The notes below the pieces were generated by a model. The model saw nothing but the letters and a program-made list of their open reading frames with translations. It was not told where the DNA came from and ran no database searches. This document shows positions 9,601 to 18,754 of a stretch of DNA of 64,000 nucleotides, one piece after another. The translations under genes and the position numbers were made by a program. The stretch lies in the NCBI GenBank assembly GCA_977017575.1, contig CDRNVI010000003.1, forward strand, positions 434,001 to 498,000, written 5' to 3'. The number at the start of each line of letters is the position of its first letter. Position 1 is the stretch's first letter. The stretch is from Paramoeba atlantica (Eukaryota; Protista; Discosea).

Positions 9601-11224
9601 CCCAAAAATAGGTTGTCCGGAGCCATTCTTTCGCAGTCTCGATGCTGTTAATCGTTAAAAGGGCAATATCGGAATTAATATGTTCCCCAAGGTGCGCATA
9701 CAACTTGCTTTCAATTACTTGAACATGTTCTGCATTTGTCTGAGTAAGGGTATTGTAGGTATAAACTTTGTTTTCTGTAGTTAGAACAAGTCCTACACCA
9801 CTAGTATCCAGCCCTGGGCGTCCTGCTCTGCCGAGCATTTGGCGCACTTCGTGTAGAGGGAGATCAACCCGGGAGCCGCCCTTGTAGCCCGTCGTGCCCT
9901 TCACGATAACTAGCCGTGCAGGGAAGTTCACTCCAACTGCCAGGGTTGTTGTGCAACACACAACGCGTATGAATTGCTTTGAAAATGCTTTTTCCACAGC
10001 CCGACGATCACTGGGGGAAAGCGCGGCATGATGAAATCCCAACCCCTTTTCCATGCATTGGCGAAGCAAGGTGTTGTTTATCGTTGACAAAGAATTGAGA
10101 AAACTTTGACGCTGCGTGCAATCCCTCGGCAACATTGATGTATGAGTGGCATGCTGATTAATGACAAGACAAGAATTTTCAGCTTCTTTTCTAGATGCAC
10201 AGAATATCAGTGTTGGCTTCCCATCAGAATATTTTTCGATCATCGGAGCAAGCTTGTAGCTCAGCAAACGATCATAGCTAAAAGGATTGTCACATCTGGA
10301 TCCAAAGGACAGTACCTTTACGTGTAGTTCTATTGGACGCAAAGATTCCGAGAAGACATGTAGTCCTTCGTCGGGGACTTCTAACCATGCAGCAATGTCT
10401 TCTGCATTGGAAAGTGTGCCACTTACGGCGATAAATCGCATTGTGAAGCCGCCATGTGCCTGTAAAGATGTGCTGTAAGCAGCCCCATCACCCAGAGCAG
10501 ATTCTTCCCGAGCCTTGTGATCTTTATCATTTGCGCCGGAAGCCCCACCGATCGGTTCCTCGATACATATTCGATTGCTACGACTTTGGCGTACCTTGTG
10601 CACGGTCTTCATGCGACTCACAAGAGCCTCCAATGCGGCACCTCGGTCATCGTGAAGTGTATGCACTTCATCGATCAGCACCAAGGCAACTGACGTTACC
10701 AAATTTAACACCGCTCCCTCTTTCCACCCACGAGTTATGCTATCCCAGCGCTCTGGGGTGGTAACCAGCACGTCAGCAGCACAAACACGAGTCAGTGAAT
10801 TTAGCGTACGATCCGTGTCTCCAGTTTCCATAACGATACAAAGTTCATAGGGTCCATATTTTTTCTCCCACAGGGTCGCTTTCTCTTGGGCAAGAGACTT
10901 TGTCGGACACAAGTAGACAACTTTCTCGCACCGAAGAGTCGAATTATTGGCCGGTGAAGGAGACACAGTAAGGGTGGACTCCGTAGCGCGGCGTTGGATA
11001 AAATGGAGTAAACGTGGAGCGAACAATCGTATCATCGCCAACTCCATAAGTAGAGTTTTTCCACTGCCTGTCGGCGCTGCAATAACCATGTTGATATCGG
11101 AAAGCAGCAGCGGGCGAAAGCATGAACGCTGGATGTCATTTAATTGGCGCTGATCAAGAAAGCATGATAATGGACCCAGTAGTGTCTGTACCTCATTCAA
11201 AGATGACAGAGATCGATGCATCAA
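6674..11224 (-). CDS. MER3: Meiotic Ski2-like DNA helicase MER3/HFM1 with Sec63 domain
   Basis: APTGSGKT, DEVH, SGT (motif III), QMLGRAGR, LRPIELHV, Sec63-like region (KIFILIQ, IGPATAKLL); long low-complexity C-terminus. Confidence 0.85.
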   Translation of the reverse strand: MMHRSLSSLNEVQTLLGPLSCFLDQRQLNDIQRSCFRPLLLSDINMVIAAPTGSGKTLLMELAMIRLFAPRLLHFIQRRATESTLTVSPSPANNSTLRCEKVVYLCPTKSLAQEKATLWEKKYGPYELCIVMETGDTDRTLNSLTRVCAADVLVTTPERWDSITRGWKEGAVLNLVTSVALVLIDEVHTLHDDRGAALEALVSRMKTVHKVRQSRSNRICIEEPIGGASGANDKDHKAREESALGDGAAYSTSLQAHGGFTMRFIAVSGTLSNAEDIAAWLEVPDEGLHVFSESLRPIELHVKVLSFGSRCDNPFSYDRLLSYKLAPMIEKYSDGKPTLIFCASRKEAENSCLVINQHATHTSMLPRDCTQRQSFLNSLSTINNTLLRQCMEKGLGFHHAALSPSDRRAVEKAFSKQFIRVVCCTTTLAVGVNFPARLVIVKGTTGYKGGSRVDLPLHEVRQMLGRAGRPGLDTSGVGLVLTTENKVYTYNTLTQTNAEHVQVIESKLYAHLGEHINSDIALLTINSIETAKEWLRTTYFWVRVNKNPTFYGVERHCAVDQFITDILEDQLQKLRSLECVYIHVETGTLRPSRIGKLVAKYYILLQTLRVVRDNMGPTSDIKEVLQCISKTEEMHEYHIHQGDKQHLNPQNKTIRFPIPGQARGRNIREDWQKIFILIQLRLADENLENLSAWSLKNELGRMWTVLPRVCKFIQEYSLEKKWFGATRASWSLLRCVERSMWETSPFLTRELAGIGPATAKLLAQYSINNFADLLQANPRTIEHCTNKKPPFGSNLQRRISSFPFLNFFAHQTRIDCPEISREVKFYVGRCSPVHVSQSTSELEGDHHGGNEQNRSCLLESSETLWYSFLVGDSNGKLLLYRRFRSMGTWPPHSWVNIWDKHHEGTLDPDCVPEGVLLWEVNVPHLRDTPWEIYATLVCEDYLGYDRFSKITLELDSSLKQTNATSVSEQDGTLGSECSKDHETRCNKKVSNSIEVLADTVPIKEKIPPANCSVPQAKENMSNHSTPLKRESAPSTMKKASPNTACENDDKTGITIPSGRNKSSMIEQSRLEKEEHNPLNRLCQNDRNSFASNSAILEVRDLDSAYNRRNAVSISSQGRHFQVVEGDDKFSLEENVTVTPSSTIYANEQRSSDPVQSDPIRNLSEASVFGTSIRGRDLLRDEERRITMTSRPEKSFGVDPNRLKFCSPAQTYSYPIDNCAEPIYMSERTPMPHQSDPTNSISLAGLSDVKNRPIEPPCFVGQNRHYTAEPVECLTPACTGQEDKKYYRLGAAYPDVRRKNSSEKCISHLYNSLPPPSSRKRPRGGTQSKSQGGQTSAHGATNLERYPFSQQARNTMNPFQQWSYSPLPTIASNSVVHEPQLNEVSHSYGQSSPFTRMHHPTHIYRSYNPSDMLNYQEQNSDVRSNENRRFAQWDSNQFNNYPGMPSSDSSVIEIVENESVGAKQETLFSGSPSPIRPKRSLSSERANLSEQEDTYPKIYSIENPCLEPFISFLDTLS

Positions 11225-11488
11225 GCGAAGATATGCCTTTTAGAAGATTAAAAAGCGCTTCTATCGCAGATGATAAACACAATTTCGCAGTACGCGCTTA
11301 TTGTACGAATTTACTTACATGTCCTATATCACATAATGCACTGATCACATAATGCACATAATAATATTTACGCAATGCTCACTGTAGATAGTACCATAGT
11401 ACAACCACACAATACAAGATTAATGATAGAACTAACAGTAACAAGTAGCACTACTACTGTACTTTACTGTAGTTACGGATCATTGTTA

Positions 11489-11890
11489 CTATGATATTGC
11501 TTCTGAACCAAGTTTTAACAAGGCTTCGTCGCGGCGCAATTCTAAGTCATCAAGGACATTGAAATATGAAGTTGAAGAGGTTGGTGCAGTAGGTTCTCTT
11601 GCAGGACGCAACATGGGACGAAGTAATTCCTCGTTTATTGAACCGTAATCCTTGTATGAGTACTTCCAGAACAACAATGTCAAAAGGGGTATTAACACGT
11701 ATGCAACAAACCTTAGTAATTCAAAAGTATTAATGAAATCTTTTTCCAGACGGTATGTTGGCCGAAAATATTCTTTGAGCAAGTCCCAATTTCCTACTAT
11801 ACGGTGTTTTTTCTTAGCTACTATACGGACATTGTTTACGGCAGTCAAACGCCGCGAGAAATGCAGTGCCAAAAGTATTGTACAACGCAT
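11489..11890 (-). CDS. Small single-pass membrane protein, possibly mitochondrial
   Basis: 133-aa ORF on the cluster strand; Arg-rich N-terminus; one hydrophobic segment (FVAYVLIPLLTLLFW). Confidence 0.6.
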   Translation of the reverse strand: MRCTILLALHFSRRLTAVNNVRIVAKKKHRIVGNWDLLKEYFRPTYRLEKDFINTFELLRFVAYVLIPLLTLLFWKYSYKDYGSINEELLRPMLRPAREPTAPTSSTSYFNVLDDLELRRDEALLKLGSEAIS

Positions 11891-12591
11891 AGTTCACAGC
11901 TCCAAGGTAAATTATTACCTAATATTTCGTCGTGATAACATTAAGCTCAAGAAATGCGAAAAGAACAGAGTTGCGAAAAACGTTTCTCAAGAATGAAATG
12001 TGAAAGAAGTTTCGAGAAGTCCTATGATATAATTTTTTTAGGACACTGTCTAGGTTCCGTTGCATCAGAAGTTTTGCGTTATAACTAACAACAGTAATAA
12101 ATGCATACATGTACATATTTGTTGCCCATGCATAAAGAACTGAAGAAAAAGAAAGAGAATGAAATTTATATACTATACCCCCCTAGTTATCTGTCGGTAC
12201 TTTTCGAGGAAAGTTGGCAACTTTTGACGACAGAAATGCGGCGACAGAAACTTTGGTTCGCCGATATTGGAATTAAGGTCGTGAATAAAAATGTAAGTGA
12301 ATAAAAAAAAGTGAATAAATTTATTCGAGATGCCATACGGCATCATTAAAAATCAATATGCTGAAGACATCTACTAGCATTAAACGCGACAATCCTAAAA
12401 AACGCGTTCCATTAATCCTAGAAAAATCTTCCAACATTTTGAAAATTAATGAAGCAATAGCAAGAAACCCACTAAGGGAAGATGAACATAATAGAATTTT
12501 GAGGAAGTTGAATATACATGTACTTTCAAATTCGTTTGAAGCTTGGCTCTCATTTGCAAATGGGCACGTGAAAGAATAGAATATTCAGTAG

Positions 12592-13806
12592 CTATCTTTG
12601 AAAGTAACCCTGGGACCCATATGGCATTTGAGGACGCCGTTTGGCGTCAAAATTTATAGACTCATTCAGTTCGCCGTGATACGTCGCATACTGTACTTCT
12701 GAATAGTTGCGCGGATCATAAATATTTTCCCCATACAAGTGATACCCCATTGGTGGTGGCGGCGCAAGATTCAGACCTTGAGGGGTAACTATAGAAGCGT
12801 TGATCATGTTTGGGGGCACAACCGTAGGGTTGGGAATCCATTGCCCTACTGACATCGGAGGAGAATGTAGTTCCAGGGAGTGTGTAATAAAGGGAATTCC
12901 AGGTTGAAATGCCGTCTGAGAAATAGATGTAGAAAGCGGGGACTTGGTTTTGTACACGTTCTCAACATTAGTAGAGGTGGACTCTTTCACAGCTTCACAA
13001 GTGACAGAAGACTGTGTCTCCTCCCGAGTTGAGGATTGTGGTAGCCGAAAGCCCTTCGTCCGGGCTTTGTCTACGACTGAATCCTTCGACTGACTTTCCT
13101 GATCTAGAATAAGAGAGTCGCACGCCGCTCGTGTACTCGCATCGCTGCAGGAGGTGCCCTTCACAGATTGATCGCACTGTGGTTGAACCCCGATTTTCAT
13201 GTGCTTTCTCGCTTCATCAGCGCTGTTTAGTGAGCTGCGCACGACCTGGGTTTCCGAGGCAACACCAGCTGTTCCAGAACTAGAAGGTTGAAGGCTACCG
13301 CAAATTCGAAGGCGTTGTTTCAGATCATGTGTCCAGCGATGGTGGTAGTATGCTTGTTGCGGTGTAATTGTCGATATGTTGCGCCGTACGGCCACCACGG
13401 AGCTTAGCATTTCCAGACGGCGTCGATAAAGTTCCCCGGCTACAATGGTGAAGAACACGGAATCATCAAGAGTACCGTGTAGTTGCTTTACTTTTTCTTC
13501 TAACGCATCGACACAGAGAACAGGGCGGTCTTGACCGCTAGGTTTCGGGATCATTTCCATTTCTACCCGTTGGGAGCGAAGCAACCAATAAAATGAATTG
13601 GAGTTTAGAACTGCATGTGGAGCCCTGTGACACAAATAAACGAAAAGGAACACCTTTTCTTCGCGCAATATAGAGTCTAAATTCTCATTCAAGTCATGAA
13701 AGAAGTCTGGGAGTGAATCCAGATCAACGAAACACACATGACGCAAACCACTTCTTCGAACTGTGATCACACAATCATTATCTCTTTCTACATGAATATG
13801 CGACAT
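12592..13806 (-). CDS. Hypothetical protein with a degenerate PIN-like (ZNF451-type) N-terminal domain
   Basis: FVDLDS..FF...FTIVAGE resembles FVDLDN...FTIxSGD PIN-like motifs from memory. Low-complexity C-half. The first four codons lie inside the 395-bp repeat. Confidence 0.55.
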   Translation of the reverse strand: MSHIHVERDNDCVITVRRSGLRHVCFVDLDSLPDFFHDLNENLDSILREEKVFLFVYLCHRAPHAVLNSNSFYWLLRSQRVEMEMIPKPSGQDRPVLCVDALEEKVKQLHGTLDDSVFFTIVAGELYRRRLEMLSSVVAVRRNISTITPQQAYYHHRWTHDLKQRLRICGSLQPSSSGTAGVASETQVVRSSLNSADEARKHMKIGVQPQCDQSVKGTSCSDASTRAACDSLILDQESQSKDSVVDKARTKGFRLPQSSTREETQSSVTCEAVKESTSTNVENVYKTKSPLSTSISQTAFQPGIPFITHSLELHSPPMSVGQWIPNPTVVPPNMINASIVTPQGLNLAPPPPMGYHLYGENIYDPRNYSEVQYATYHGELNESINFDAKRRPQMPYGSQGYFQR

Positions 13807-14189
13807 TCTACAATGGACCTATATACATTAGTTAGAAATGTTTTTTATACTTTCGTGGCCTGCTTATTTTACGCTTTTCTTAATTTTTTACGCTGTATTT
13901 GTTTCTCTTTTTGTGCCTTAACTGTATGTACTCGTATAGTAAGTGCGACGCATACATGTATTTGCATGTAGATATACAGGGGGGGGGGCAAAACGGACAA
14001 GGTCAGCATTTTAGCGTCCCGAGGGTTTTGAGCTGATTTTGTTGCAAACGAGAGATCTCGTTCTGAATATCGTGTCTACGCTATTTGGTGCCCGCTTCTA
14101 CTAATCAAATATTTTTTACCTACAAAATACTGAAATTCGGGGCAAAATGTTTTGCAAGTACCGAAAATCGTAAAAAAGGCACTTGTTTC
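13795..14189. repeat. 395-bp direct repeat, left copy
   Basis: Matches 18212-18606 at offset 4417; differences seen at 13915/18332 (G/T) and 14169/18586 (C/T). Confidence 0.95.
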
Positions 14190-14322
14190 AGAGTGTAAAT
14201 CCATCTAATGTATCAGATGATGAAGTAAGCAAGGGGATCTAGGTCCTTCCAGCGCATAATATTGAGGAAAGCTTTGTCGTGTAGTACTTTCTATAACAAT
14301 TATCTTCTAAAGTGATCATTCC

Positions 14323-15330
14323 ATGTCTGATTCCGAAACGGACTCAACTGTATTAAATTCCTTGGAAGGTGAGTACAAGGTCGCTGAGAGGTACGCGATG
14401 CTGAAAATAGTGGAGAAGAAAAAGTGGGTCCCATTATTTCAGGCTTCGCATGAAGGTTGGCTCAGCCAAGCTGACTTCATCCCGGCTATGCTGAAAGCAG
14501 TCGGAGAGAACGTACATGAAGCCGAAAAGCTGGAAGTTGTCCGGCTAATTGAGGAGAAGCGGTACGAGGACAAGAAAATTTCTGGAAAGCTGCTTCTCGA
14601 AATCGCGACGCATTACATCGCTAACAAAAAGGAAGAGGTGGGAGCCGCTAAAGAGGAGAACGTCAAAGATTCCGGTCCCCAGGAAACGGAAGGAACGCTA
14701 TCTGCTCTTATAGGCACCTTCTCAATGCCATTTCTATCGGAGACGTTCGTCAACTCAATAGTTCCCCGCGGAAAAATAGTAACGAAGCAGGAAACAAAGA
14801 TGGCGAACGCAGTGGCTGAAGTGCTCGCGAAAGGCGAGGAGGTAGTTTTGGAGGAGTTAGTGTCGGGGGGGCCTGGCTCTCTAAAAGAAAAGTGGCTCGT
14901 GCCAGGCATACACGTCATGGTTTGGGAGCTACTTGAGAAGGTAGCGGGAAGAGTGATGACCGAGCTGGCTGCCGATTTGGGGGCCGAGGTTGATTTCACC
15001 GGAAAGTCACTCTTACATGGCATCATGGCAGGGGGGAAGAGTGCCTGTTTGGTACGAGAAGCCATTCAAAAGAAAGCAAGGATTATGTCCGCAACCGAGA
15101 AGCTGCAATCCAAGGCTCGTGTTGCGAAGCACGGGATCTACCGCCCTCAAGGAGGTTCGCCGTTTACACCAACGAAACATCACCTGCGGGAGAACGAAGG
15201 TATAAAATGTTATAACTGCAAACGGATGGGCCACTTCGCGGCGAGCTGCCGCTACAAGACGTATTGTTATAAATGTAAGGCTAACGCGGGACATAAGGGT
15301 GATGACAAGTCCTGTCCTAAAAATCGATAA
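14323..15330 (+). CDS. Gag-like ORF1 of the YR retroelement
   Basis: C-terminal zinc knuckles CYNCKRMGHFAASC (C-x2-C-x4-H-x4-C) and CYKCKANAGHKGDDKSC. Confidence 0.85.
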   Translation: MSDSETDSTVLNSLEGEYKVAERYAMLKIVEKKKWVPLFQASHEGWLSQADFIPAMLKAVGENVHEAEKLEVVRLIEEKRYEDKKISGKLLLEIATHYIANKKEEVGAAKEENVKDSGPQETEGTLSALIGTFSMPFLSETFVNSIVPRGKIVTKQETKMANAVAEVLAKGEEVVLEELVSGGPGSLKEKWLVPGIHVMVWELLEKVAGRVMTELAADLGAEVDFTGKSLLHGIMAGGKSACLVREAIQKKARIMSATEKLQSKARVAKHGIYRPQGGSPFTPTKHHLRENEGIKCYNCKRMGHFAASCRYKTYCYKCKANAGHKGDDKSCPKNR

Positions 15331-15660
15331 GCTGAAAGGGAGAAAGTTCCTCTGAAGTGAGAAAGTTTAGAGAGTAAAGAGAGAAAAGATAATGACGCAT
15401 TTTGTAGATGCAGGAGCGAGATGACTGACGGCAAATAAGTAATAAATTTCTTACTATAAATTACTATAAATTCTTATTGTAGACAGTGCTTTTTCCCCTC
15501 TTATTGTAAGTAAAGAGGGATCATATTTCGCCTCAGTTGCATTTTAGCCGAACGGTGTCAGAGTTCTGACCTGATAAAGTAGTAATTCGGGTTTACCTTT
15601 GTATGGTAATAGAGTCTCTACTGGTATTATTGTTATTATTATTATTTCTAGCCGCCCAGA

Positions 15661-16587
15661 ATGAAGGTGTCATTGAGCGAGTTAAAAGAACTCATGACAA
15701 CACCCGAAAGCAGATCACAGAACAGCGAGGCCCTGGCAAATGCAGCGGTGAAGCCAGCGACTGTCGGTGAGCGTACAAGAGACTGGGACTCCCTAAAATA
15801 TATCCTAGACGTCGCTGACGTCCGAGATGTAAAGATAAATGATTTTTTGGGGGTAATGGAACTTCTAGCCGAGCAATACAGTCCATCTCGGTTGGAGAAA
15901 TTCCGGGCTGCCTTGGTCCACAGACAGATTCTGGACCTCCCCGAGGCCGAAAGATGGAGTCGTGACGAGCGCTTCAAAATACAATTCAAAGGCCTTTTGG
16001 CTAACTGTACCCGGAAGCGAAAGCAAGAAGCAAGAGAAAAATATCAGTCATCAGCCGAGGACGCAGGAACTAGGGGTGCGATTTTTGGTCAAAGGCTTCG
16101 CGAATTGCTGAGGTGGTGTGCGGAACGACAAAAGGGGTATTACGCCGCTTCCATGAAGATGTGCTACGAGGGATTGCTTCGAAGTTCTGAAATTCGGAAT
16201 CTTCGGAAAAGGGACCTCATAAAGGAGTCGAACGGACGTTGGTATGTCCGCATAGTCGGAGGTAAACATCGCTTGGAGGATAAGGTAGAGGTGGTTCACC
16301 ACAGAGACACAAATGAACAGCTAGAAAAGATGTGGGAACTCCTACACAGAGGTGATCCAGAAAACCATGTATTTCCAAATTGGAGTGCTAGAGAAGCAAA
16401 TTCGCTCATAAAGGAAGTATCAACAAAATTTTGTTGGGAAGAGGGTCGATTGTGGTCGATGCACTCGTTGAGGCATGGGAAAGCCGCAGCTTTAAAGTTG
16501 CATGGAGTTACAACAGAAGATCGATTGGCACTAGGTCGATGGAGGAGTCAACATATCGAAAAGCATTATAGTCGGCACTCTAAATGA
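15661..16587 (+). CDS. Tyrosine recombinase ORF2
   Basis: Complete catalytic set: R (GLLRSSE), K (GGKH), HSLR, GRW, and C-terminal Tyr (KHYS). Confidence 0.9.
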   Translation: MKVSLSELKELMTTPESRSQNSEALANAAVKPATVGERTRDWDSLKYILDVADVRDVKINDFLGVMELLAEQYSPSRLEKFRAALVHRQILDLPEAERWSRDERFKIQFKGLLANCTRKRKQEAREKYQSSAEDAGTRGAIFGQRLRELLRWCAERQKGYYAASMKMCYEGLLRSSEIRNLRKRDLIKESNGRWYVRIVGGKHRLEDKVEVVHHRDTNEQLEKMWELLHRGDPENHVFPNWSAREANSLIKEVSTKFCWEEGRLWSMHSLRHGKAAALKLHGVTTEDRLALGRWRSQHIEKHYSRHSK

Positions 16588-16746
16588 GAATATGAGAATC
16601 TCTATGTAAGGTAAAGTCTCTATATAAAGAGACAAGAACTTATCATAGCATAGTGAATAAGGTGAATGATTACTCAACAGGGATGTGCTTAATTTTAGGC
16701 TACCATTCTGGACTATTTGACACGTTTCCTTTAAAGAGAAATACTG

Positions 16747-18080
16747 ATGTCTGACGAGCCATCCTTGCTGATTACTCTAGGTTACAAAATATCAGCCGAA
16801 GCTTCCTCGCTTCCCCTGGATCCAATTGCAAAAGTAGGTAACCTGAATCTTAGCCGGTTGCGTCGGTGGGCCCTCCAGGAGGGTTGCCAATGGGTGAACG
16901 AAGCGCTCGAAACCATAAGTTGTAACAAAACGTTTTGCGACTTACTGGAGCCCCGCGGGTCTAGTAGACAGGTCGATACAAGGAATAATCTGTCCCAAGA
17001 AGATCTGAATACCTTAAAAGCGACGAGGCTGATTCGGAAGGCAGTATCGAAGGATGTAATTAGTTGGGCGAAGATTTTCAAGATCCCGAAAACGAATCTC
17101 AACTCACGCTTAATTATAAACGCAATAGACGCAAACGCACAGGCAAACCCACCTCCAGACCTGATTTTGCCGCGATTAGAGGAAATCATACGAGAACTGC
17201 AAGAACTGGGACCAGCCCATTATATTACCGCCGACCTCCGGCATTGGTTTTTCCAAATACCAATCTGCGATAATTTCTCCCGCACACTGGGATTGCGAGT
17301 CCAGGGTTCGACCTGGATACCATGCGTTCTGCCCATGGGTCACTCCTGGTCAGCCAGCTTGGCTCACATATCGAGACTGGTATGGGCAACAAGGGTCGCT
17401 AACCTACCCCTACACGAGGCAGACTACGCGTTGAGACTTTTAGCCGAGTGGGCACCCGAGACAGAGCTCCGGGGTTGGGACAGAACTCTGAGCACGGAAG
17501 AGACAATAGTCTGGGGGGGATTGACGATCGTCTTTTCAGTACACTGGGTTCCCGGGAGTGGCACTACGCCCCGATCATAAATGACTGCGGAATCACCATC
17601 CGTGGCGCCGTCGATGCAGCGCAGTCGACAGGAAAAGGGGGTCTATTCTTCACAGAAGAGGGGGGTCATTTTGGGACATGGTTCGTAGAGAACGAATCGG
17701 GAACTAAGAACAGCGCATTTCACCTCGAGCTTCAAGCGATTGAGCTCGGGTGTATGCAAGCAGTGCAGGGGAGGGGAACAGACGAGATAAAAAGGGTCAT
17801 TTTAGGAACCGACTGCCAACCAGCGCGGAGCTCGGTTACTAATGGATACAGCAGGTCGATGGAGGCAGTGCACCGAATTAAGAACATCTGGAACTTGAAG
17901 AGAACGTTCAATTTTTCCTTGGAGCTAAGATGGCTACCAGGTAAAGATAATGCGGCAGATCCCATTTCTCGCCGATTGCCCATAGACCCAGAACGCAATA
18001 TTAATACTTTTGACATCTTAATCCAGAACGTGGATCTGTCTAAATCATCACGAATGTTTGAGCTCGGTACCGAGATTTAG
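16747..18080 (+). pseudogene. Reverse transcriptase - RNase H ORF3, internally deleted and frameshifted
   Basis: RT motifs IFKIPK, RLIIN, ADLRHWFFQIPI, VLPMGHSWS, but no YxDD. Frame change at the G7 run 17513-17519. RNase H residues D (AVDAA), E (ELQAI), D (GTDCQ), D (DNAADPISR). Confidence 0.85.
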
Positions 18081-18130
18081 GATACTGAATTCCACGTTAA
18101 ACAGATATGACAGCACACCTCGCGCCCAAG

Positions 18131-18206
18131 GCGGGTATACCCGCATTGGCTGCTAGGCGGTGCCGACGCATAGGCCACTTAGTGGTGCTATGCAAAAAAA
18201 AAAAAA
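18131..18206 (+). other. Palindrome, stem-loop and A13 tract at the 3' end of the retroelement body
   Basis: Perfect palindrome GCGGGTATACCCGC (18131-18144); stem GCATAG..CCACT-T-AGTGG..CTATGC (18168-18193); 13 A (18194-18206). Confidence 0.8.
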
Positions 18207-18211
18207 TTAAA

Positions 18212-18606
18212 AATATGCGACATTCTACAATGGACCTATATACATTAGTTAGAAATGTTTTTTATACTTTCGTGGCCTGCTTATTTTACGCTTTTCTTAA
18301 TTTTTTACGCTGTATTTGTTTCTCTTTTTGTTCCTTAACTGTATGTACTCGTATAGTAAGTGCGACGCATACATGTATTTGCATGTAGATATACAGGGGG
18401 GGGGGCAAAACGGACAAGGTCAGCATTTTAGCGTCCCGAGGGTTTTGAGCTGATTTTGTTGCAAACGAGAGATCTCGTTCTGAATATCGTGTCTACGCTA
18501 TTTGGTGCCCGCTTCTACTAATCAAATATTTTTTACCTACAAAATACTGAAATTCGGGGCAAAATGTTTTGCAAGTACCGAAAATTGTAAAAAAGGCACT
18601 TGTTTC
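18212..18606. repeat. 395-bp direct repeat, right copy
   Basis: Copy of 13795-14189. Confidence 0.95.
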
Positions 18607-18754
18607 TGGGTATGCAAAAGATTCCCTAAACTGGATAAAATACAAGACCTGTAGGGGGGTACATATTATTGACGGGTACATGTCGGATAGTATTTGATGC
18701 GTCCTGGGAATGCGTTCCTTGGGAGTCCAACAATAACAAAAATAGCTGTGAGGC

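Larger units (their letters stand above)
13795..18606 (+). mobile_element. Tyrosine-recombinase retrotransposon (VIPER/TATE/DIRS-like), RT-defective
   Basis: Order gag-like (CCHC) - tyrosine recombinase - RT/RNase H between near-identical direct repeats, antisense to the host cluster. Confidence 0.9.

Noticed and set aside
11455-11475. TACTGTA/TACAGTA heptamers as transposon excision footprints
   Set aside because: Such 7-mers are expected several times by chance in 64 kb of AT-rich DNA.
17514-17530. GIDD as a possible RT YxDD motif
   Set aside because: Only ~27 residues before the first RNase H Asp, leaving no room for the palm/thumb, and it lies after thumb-like sequence.
18107-18388. Near-identical small ORFs here and at 13738-13971
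   Set aside because: Chance frames through the AT-rich direct repeat.
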